This document shows positions 50,495 through 58,416 of a stretch of 58,416 nt of DNA, in pieces. Position 1 is the stretch's first letter; the number at the start of each line of letters is the position of its first letter. This stretch comes from Chromera velia. Its lineage: Eukaryota. A program made the translations under genes and the position numbers. Below the pieces are notes generated by a model. It ran no database searches and had not been told where the DNA came from. It saw nothing but the letters and a program-made list of their open reading frames with translations. The stretch spans positions 1 to 58,416 of the forward strand of contig JAHBMJ010000081.1 in the NCBI GenBank assembly GCA_018398765.1, read 5' to 3'.

Positions 50495-51929
50495 ATGTCG
50501 TCTCCCGAGCCTGCCCCTGCTATGGTTCCCGGCAGCCCTCTCCCTGAGGTCCCTCTCCCCGGATCTGGGGCTCTCGGCCCACAGCAGCTTCCCCCCACCA
50601 TGCCCGGAGGCCTTCCCCCTTTCCGCCCCTTCATGCCCCCTGGCCCACCCATGATGCCTCCAGGAACCATGGGCACTATGGGATCCCTCCCCCCCCCTCC
50701 CATGGGACAGCCAGGCGCGTTCCCCCCCATGCCCCCGATGCCCATGGGGAGCCGCCCTCCTTTCATGGCCTCAGCGACCTACATGCCCAGGCCAATGGTC
50801 AGTCTGTCGTCTACCGTCTCCATTCATGTTTTCCCGAAATACCAGAGAAAACTTCAGGCAATTTTTCTGGAGAGGCAAAAGAGCTGCACCGCGAGTCATC
50901 GAAACAATTTCCCCTCCCCGATGTTCTCCCACCTCTCTGCTCACTTGTGTGAAATCCCTCCATGCGTCTGTCTGTCTGCAGGGCCCCCCTCCTGAGATGA
51001 AGCCCGCCGAGACCAAAGAAGGGGAGATGCCCTCCTTCATGGCCACTATGCCCCCTGGGGTCCGTTCGCTCGCTCGTTCGTTGAGTCGAGTTGTGCGTGC
51101 TTGCGTGTACTTTCTCTCTCTCTCTCTCTCTCTCTCTCTTGCAATCAGACGGTGCTGTGTTGAAGGAACTGCATTTGTCTTCTTCGACTGCCGGTCTGGG
51201 GGAAAGAAAAGAAGGGGTTGTCACTCAATCCGGTGCCTTGCCTAGGGTCCTTCTTCCCCTCTAAATGATTCTCTCTTCTCTCAGCATTGGCGCGGGCCTC
51301 TCTACTGTATCTGTGAGTGTCTGCCTAGATGCCCTATCCCTTTCGCTGTATTGTATCCAGTCCATTTTCTTCTCTTCGCTTCTCTTGTGTGTCTGCAGCC
51401 CCCCCCTCCCGGTGGCAGCTTTATCATGCCCCCCCCCCCCCATGACCTCCACAACCACACTGAAGGAGGAGGGGCTGCCCCCCCCCGCGATCCCCATGCC
51501 CCCCCCCTCGACGATGACCATAAGGGCTCCTCCCATGGGGCCCTCCTACCTGCCCCCGATGGTCTCCCAGATCCCCCCAGGAGTGGAGATCGTCCGCAAT
51601 CTCGGGGAGATCACGTACAAATACTTCGACATCGGGGGAGGCGTCATCGGAAGAGAGTCAGTCACTCAGCCAGCCTGTTTGCTCAATTTATCATTCAATT
51701 GATTCATTGACGGGCAGCTATTCGATTTGAAAGCAAAGACGCGCAGACTAAAAGTTTTTTCGAAAGAGCGTCGGCTGATTGGTTTACATACTCAGACAGG
51801 CAGACAGACAGGCAAGCAGAAAAGAAGAGGTTCATGAGGGGGGAAAGAGGGGAGCGTTTTCGTTCGGTGTTGTTCATCGCTTCTTTCTTCCCCGTCTCTT
51901 CAAAGGCACACTTTTATTCTTGTTTTTCC

Positions 51930-51992
<63 letters not shown>

Positions 51993-54113
51993 CGTAAAGA
52001 AAAAACGATGTAGTGTGTCGGTCTGTCTGTTTGTTTCTATGTCTTTCTACCTGTCGTACCTCTCTGCTGGATCAGCCTTGCAGAGAGAGTGGGGGGCCCC
52101 TTTGATTCGTCCTTCCATCAGCCTCTCTCCTGCAGAGGACCCCCGTTTCCACTCGCGTTGCTCCTCCCCTCCGTGCTGCATGGTGGATTTGCCCAGCTTC
52201 ATGTGTGTTTGTGTCTGTCTCTCTTCGTGCCTGTCTCTTGGCACCCCCCTCTCTCGGTTGCCTGTTGCAGTCTTGCGAAGATGGTGCTTTTGGTTTTCTG
52301 CATCAAGCACGAGGACGAGAGGTACGAAATGGGGTCGGAGGAATGGACGGACACGAAGGAGGCGATTATGTCGACAGGACAGAACGTGGATGGGCAACTG
52401 CCGCTCATGATCGTGGAGGTGGGTAGATGCGTTTGTTCTGTTAGGTTTCTTTCTTTCTTGTTTTTTTGTTTCTTTCCTTGCTTGTTTGCTTGCTTGCTTG
52501 CTTTTTTTTCTTTTCGTTTCTTTCTTTCTTGCTGGGTTGCTTGCTTTCTTTTCTGTCTTTCTTTCCTTCTTTCTTTCTTTCTTTCTTTCTTCCTTCCTTT
52601 GTTTCTTTCTTTCTTTCTTTCTTTCTTCCTTCCTTTCTTTTCTTTTCTTTCTTTCTTTCTTTCTTTCTTTTCTTTCTTTTCTTCTTCCTTTCTTCCTTTT
52701 TGTCTTTCCTTCCTTGTATCTCTGTTTCTGTTTGTTTGTGGTTCTCTTTCTCCACTCTATTCTTCCGTTTTTTCTGGCTGTCTTTTGATGCTTCCTGTGC
52801 TCTCTGAGAAGAGACAGAAGAAGGAAAATGAGGAGAGAATGTCCATCAGACAGACAGACAGAACGTAGCGAGTGGATTATAGACGAAAGCTTCACTTGAC
52901 AGAAAGACGGGCAGACAGCCATTGCACTTACTGCCGTCCAAGCGTTTGCCGAGAGATATGCGGGGTGGGTGAGTGCCTCACTCATCTGTTTGAATCCGTG
53001 TGAATGAATGAATGAATGGATGCATGCAATGCAATGAGTATATGGGGGGATGCTGCAGGGAAAAAACTTTCCGGAGAGCCACGCAATGTCTCGTTTTCTT
53101 CTCAGACGTGTTGGAAGATACGGACAAAACCCGAGGGCAGATTTCCTCTCCGACATGATTGTCAGTCTTTCTCTCTCTCTTTGTCTTTTCATTTTTTTCT
53201 CTGTCTCGCCGTCTCTCTGTTTGTTTGTCTACCTGTCTCTCTCTCTATGTCTGTTTGCCTGTCTGTCGGTTTATCTGTCGGTTTGTCTCTCTGTCTGCCT
53301 ATCTATCTATCTCTTTGTCTGTTTATTTGTTTGTCTGTCTCTTCATCAGAACACGGGAGAGTCTCCCTGGTGAAACGGAGAAACATGATTTCTGTGTGGT
53401 CTCTTTAAACGTCCCATTTGTTTGGTCTGGTGCAAGAAGATGCCTTCGTTCCTTCTAATTTCTTCTCTGTTGTCGTTGCCCCTCCACCGTTTCCATTCCG
53501 ATAGCCCACATGCAGTCGTGCTTTTCCTCCCCTCCGCCCCTCCGCTGCATTTGTCTTTTGTTCTATCGTCAAAGCCCGATCGATTGAGACAAAAGCAAAA
53601 TACACCAGAAAAGGATTGGCTGCACTCATCGAGACAGAGGGGGTGGGGGGGGAGCTTTTGCTTCCTTCTTAAATCCTTTCTCAGGTGGATGGAAACATTG
53701 ATACGTTTTCTACGTCTTCTAATCCCACTGCTCTTCGTTTCTTTTCTTGGGTCACCTTTCATTCACATACGCACGAATGTTTGAGTGATTGTAATCATAT
53801 GTATGTACGCTTGCATGTGTATTCGCATGGACGTTTGCAGAGTGACAAGGCCTACAAGTGGCAGTCAGACTGGGTCGGTGCGAGATTCGGGAGTGATGAG
53901 ATGAAGGAAGCCTACCTGGTACGTCTGTCTGTCCGTCCGTCAGTGATTTCTTTCTTTCTTTCTTTCTTTTTTTCTTTCTTTCTTCCTTCCTTCCTTCCTT
54001 CCTTCCTTCTTTCTTTCTTTCTTTCTTTCTTTCTTTTTCTTTCTTTCTTTCTTTCTTTCTTTTTTTTTTCTTTCTTTCTTCCTTTCCTTCTTTCTTTCTT
54101 TCTTTTTTCTTTT

Positions 54114-54145
<32 letters not shown>

Positions 54146-54347
54146 TTTTTTTTCTTTCTTTCTTTTTTCTTTCTTTCTTTCTTTATTTCTTCCTTTCTTT
54201 CTTCCTTTCGTTCTTTCTTTCTTTTTTTCTTCCTTCCTTCCTTCCTTCCTTTCTTTTCTCTTCTTTCTTTCTTTTCTTTCTTTCTTTCTTCCTTTCTTTC
54301 TTTCTTTTCTTCCTTCCTTCCTTCCTTTCTTTTCTTTTCTTTCTTTC

Positions 54348-54379
<32 letters not shown>

Positions 54380-54516
54380 CTTCTTTCTTTTTTTTTTCTT
54401 TCTTTCTTTCTTTCTTTTTTTCTTCCTTCCTTCCTTCCTTCCTTTCTTTCTTTTCTTTTCTTTTCTTTTCTTTTCTTTCTTTTCTTTCTTTTCTTTCTTT
54501 CTTGCTTTCTTGCTTG

Positions 54517-54547
<31 letters not shown>

Positions 54548-54599
54548 TTTTCTTCCTTTCTTTCTTCCTTTCTTTCTTTTTTTTTTCTTTCTTTTTTTT

Positions 54600-54631
<32 letters not shown>

Positions 54632-54666
54632 TCGTTCTTTTCTTTCGTTCTTTCTCTCTCTCTCTG

Positions 54667-54708
<42 letters not shown>

Positions 54709-54807
54709 TTCTTTCTTTCTTTCTTTCTTTCTTTCTTTTCTTTCTTTCTTTCTTTTCTTTCTTTCTTTCTTTCTTTCTTTCTGCGCGTCGGTCTGGGTAT
54801 CTGCTTT

Positions 54808-54846
<39 letters not shown>

Positions 54847-55568
54847 ATGCCTCCCTCCCTCAAATCATGTAGCCTTTCCGGATCGAGGGCATGAGGTATC
54901 CAACTCAATTTTTCTTTACTGTGTCTGACGATTTATTATTTCGTGCAGGCGAAACGGGAGGACATCTACGCGAAGTTCAACAAGATGCTGAACAAAACCA
55001 GCGGGAAGTACTTTTGCGGAGACGAAATCCACATGGCAGACCTCGCTGTGTTCGGCATCATGTGGGATGACACGCTCGCACACGGGTGTGAGATCCTCGA
55101 GAAGTTCCCCGAAATGGCTGTGGGTCTTTCCTGCAAGGCTTTTTTTTTCATCGATTGTTGCTTCCGTTTTCTTCTCTTCTTTCGTGCCTTTTTTTCTTTT
55201 TTTCTAATATAATCCCCTGTGACTGCGTTCTGTCTGTTGTCTGATGCACACCTGCACGCGCTAAGGAACTCTCTCACTTCTTCCCCCCCGCTCTGCCTCA
55301 CTTTCTAGTTCTCTTCTTCCTTCTCTCTCCCTCTCTCTCTGTGTGTGTGTGGGGGNNNNNNNNNNNNNNNNNNNNNNNNNNNNNNNNNNNNNNNNNNNNN
55401 NNNNNNNNNNNNNNNNNNNNNNNNNNNNNNNNNNNNNNNNNNNNNNNNNNNNNNNNNNNNNNNNNNNNNNNNNNNNNNNNNNNNNNNNNNNNNNNNNNNN
55501 NNNNNNNNNNNNNNNNNNNNNNNNNNNNNNNNNNNNNNNNNNNNNNNNNNNNNNNNNNNNNNNNNNNN

Positions 55569-55612
<44 letters not shown>

Positions 55613-55860
55613 CACTCCATTGCTTCCCTTGCTTATCTGTAGAATCATAAACGTGAGATTGTTTGTGGTTCTCTTTCCCCGATCGTCCGCTCACTTCCTC
55701 CTCCATGCCTCCGTGCCCCCCCCCCCATGCCTCTGTCGATGGATGGATGGATCGATCATGCATGCAGGATTTCTTCGGAGAGGTCAAGAAGACGAAGAAC
55801 CTGAAGGAGTGGCTCGAGAAGAAGTCCGCACAGCACCAGGCCTCCCTCGTCACTTACTGA
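50495..55860 (+). CDS. Glutathione S-transferase with a long Pro/Met-rich N-terminal extension
   Basis: Exons at ~50495-50797, 50982-51059, 51399-51656, 52271-52419, 53059-53160, 53841-53918, 54949-55119 and 55769-55860. GST motifs are YKYFDI..GR, GQLPLMIVEGKNFPESHAMSRFL, YFCGDEIHMADLAVF, LEKFP and NLKEWLEK. Confidence 0.85.
53948..54782 (+). repeat. ~830 nt (TTTC/TTCC)n polypyrimidine tract in a GST intron
   Basis: Nearly pure pyrimidine strand. Shorter equivalents lie at ~13905-14130 and ~52445-52720. Confidence 0.95.
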
Positions 55861-58079
55861 TCGATCGATCGATCGATTGATTGGCCGACAGAGACAGCGA
55901 TTGGCAGTCGAGGGACGGATGGCTGGATGGATGGATGGATGTGGTCACATCAGTTGGATGGATGGACATGTGCAGAAAGATGAGAGCTAGAGTAGCGAGG
56001 GAGGGAGGAAAACAAATGGTACAGCAAAGAAAGCAGACGGGAGGAGGGAGAGAAGACGCGAAAGGGAAGGGAGGCGCGGATGTGTGTTGAGGCTGGACAC
56101 GTCTTTGCTCGTCCTCACCCTTCCCTCCCTTGTTTTTGTATTCGTTCCTTTCGTCTTTCTCTAGCTCCTCAGCTTTCCTTCCACCCCCCTACACACACCG
56201 AACCCCCCGTATTATCCGAAAGATTCAATGTTCATAGCCCCCTCCGGTCCCTCCCTCCCTCCCTCAGTCCACCGCTACTGCTGTACCTTTCTCGTCTATC
56301 TGTATTTTACTTATACGGTTTTTGGTGACTTGTTTGTGAAACCACCGACTGCACCGTCCTGCCTGCCTGCGTGCTTCCGTGTTTGCTGTGTGCATCTCTG
56401 GCTTCCTGCCTGCATGTGTCAGTGAGTGAGTGCGTCTGGGGGGGTCAAGAGATCATTCCGTCGTCTTAATTCCTTCATTACTGATTCTTTTCCTTCGCTG
56501 CGGCTTGAATGACGTCCACTCCCTTTCTCTTTCTGTGTCTTGTGTGTTGATTGTATAGACTTTCACGTCGGTGTGTAGTTGTGCGTGTTTGTTTGTTTCT
56601 TTGTTTCTCTCTGTGCCTGTGCGTCTGTATGTCTGTGCCGTGGACGGAATTCAGTAGGGGGACGGGGCGGCCAGCAGGAGTGAAGGGAGGAAAGAGGGGA
56701 GGAAGAAACAAAATCGTGGTTGAGGCAATTAACCGAAGCGCAGGCAGGTAGGGAAGAAGGGAAAAAGGGGCCTGCAGGCGCCTCACGCTACACTCCTTTG
56801 TTTACTTGCTGCTCTCCGAAGTGAGGCGGAAGGCGAAAAAACGTCTGTGTGTGTCTGCGGTCCTGTCCCTCAATTCTGTGGTGATTTTGGGGGGAGACGG
56901 TCTGCATTCGTGCGCATGCGCCCCTTTCATCCTGGGATGTGGCTTCCAGTCCGCTTCCTTCCCTGCACTTTTTTCATCCTCCCGTCGTCTTTCGTTTTCT
57001 CTTTTTGAAATAGGTGTGTAGGCGTTCGCAAGTGCGTTCGCGTGCGTTGCGTGTTTGTGTCTGTTGTGACAGGGGGCTGGGAGTTGCATTCGATCTGTTC
57101 ATGCATGCATCCATGCGTGCATGTGTGTCTCGATCGCTTGGTGGCGCACCGGGGTGCAAGAGGAGTCCAAAGAGACACTGTGGCCAGCACAGTGAGACAT
57201 CAAGTTCGTTCGGACAGAAAAGGACGCCGCCTAGGACAGCACACTGATAAGCTGAAAATCATGCATAGGCCCAACCGAGACGGTCGAACATGGTCAAGAA
57301 AAATAAAATGTTGATCATATGATAAACAAATAAAACAAGTGAAAGACCTTAGTAAATAAGCTTTTAGCGGATTGAGTTTAATTTAACATTAAACATATTA
57401 AAAAACGGGTTCAAGTTTAAAAATCGCTTTTAAAAAAATATCTATAGGAAAAGATAAGTAATCCACTTTTAGCTTAACACCATGGGTGACATCGATCACT
57501 GGCGACATCAGTTTTTCATACTATTCATCCAGCTTGTGAAGTTGTAACCTCTTTATAGCGCATATACTACTAGGGCACATAGGATTAGCAAATGCCGAAG
57601 AAGGCATTCGGATGGAGGAGCGTCAAGTATGAGGTCGCATGAGAGAGAGAGCTAGCAGCGAGAGCAGTAACCAGGACAGAAAGAAGAGACGAAAGACGTA
57701 TAGGCCAGACGCTAGGAAAAAACTTTAGGTCACTGGCAATGCCAACCATAGGATTAGGATTAGGATTTATCTTCCGGGTTTGTCTCGAGGTCCAATACCG
57801 AGGGACAGCTTGCACCATATATAAAATATGATAACAACTAAACTAGTAACTAAACACACTGTTTAACCCAGGTATGCATGAGGGCGGTTGAGGAATGTAT
57901 AGCATAGTAGAGCAAAATTAACGCGTTTTCGTAAATCAATCAATGGCACGACCTAGGGCACAACTCAATGGGGGGAGTCAATGCCTAGGTCAATTAATTA
58001 ATGCGCTAAGTCCATATTGACTCCACAAACCAACTTTGCATATTAATGATATCATGTCCTAGATAGCCCTAAATTATGC

Positions 58080-58416
58080 CTACCCTAAAGAATTGGGAGT
58101 GGAATTGGGTGTCGAATTGGTAGTACTACCAATTTTTTACCGCCAGTAACTCCTAATTTTGAAAAATTGGTACCTAGTCTAGTGAAAGAAGTACATGGAG
58201 TTTGAAGCTAAAATTTTATGTACAGGCTAGACAAGGGCTCACTAGTCTCTAGCCACAGTCATTAGACTCTAATTCATTACTAGGAACAAATTCTATGAAC
58301 ACTTAGAGTCACCTAAAAATTGGGAGTTACCAATTTTTAAATAGGAATTTTTTAGGACCGCCGAAAAAAAAATTGGTAGTACAAAAAAAAAAATTGGGAG
58401 TCAACTTGAAACTTTT
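58080..58416. mobile_element. Probable transposon end with subterminal AATTGG(G/T)AG repeats, truncated by the window
   Basis: AATTGG(G/T)AG-like motifs occur about 7 times, with inverse CTACCAATT/CTCCTAATT copies, in AT-rich non-coding DNA. Confidence 0.4.

Noticed and set aside
52047..54908. Long F/S/L- or K/R/E-rich ORFs (381, 395 and 241 aa)
   Set aside because: They are translations of (TTTC)n intronic tracts.
57585..57990. 77-aa hydrophobic ORF and a small acctagggca/tgcctaggt hairpin
   Set aside because: Both are short and low-complexity, with no supporting gene structure or TSD.

Overview
This is eukaryotic, intron-rich nuclear DNA. It has GT-AG introns full of (CT)n/(GT)n/(CAGA)n/(TTTC)n tracts, many TGCATG motifs, bipartite plastid-type leaders and a long LRR gene. 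These traits point to a chromerid alga such as Chromera velia, which is an inference. Genes read by manual splicing are: a PUF60-like RRM protein (-, cut at the window start), a probably plastid-targeted Lon N-domain-like protein (+), an LRR protein (-), a small 3-TM protein (-), a POR/RDH-type SDR (+), a HemW/HemN-like radical SAM protein (-), a ~12 kb multi-TM orphan gene (+), and a GST with a Pro-rich N-terminus (+). AT-rich islands between the genes are nests of DNA transposons, several with directly visible TIRs and TSDs. The most unusual items are two inverted-repeat elements carrying ORFs with no recognisable transposase motif (17582-19418 and ~6105-8509), a nested hAT-in-hAT insertion possibly inside a Helitron, and a modular (CAGA)n array. 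I found no rRNA, complete tRNA or CRISPR array. Most ORFs in the supplied track are spurious translations of microsatellites or introns.
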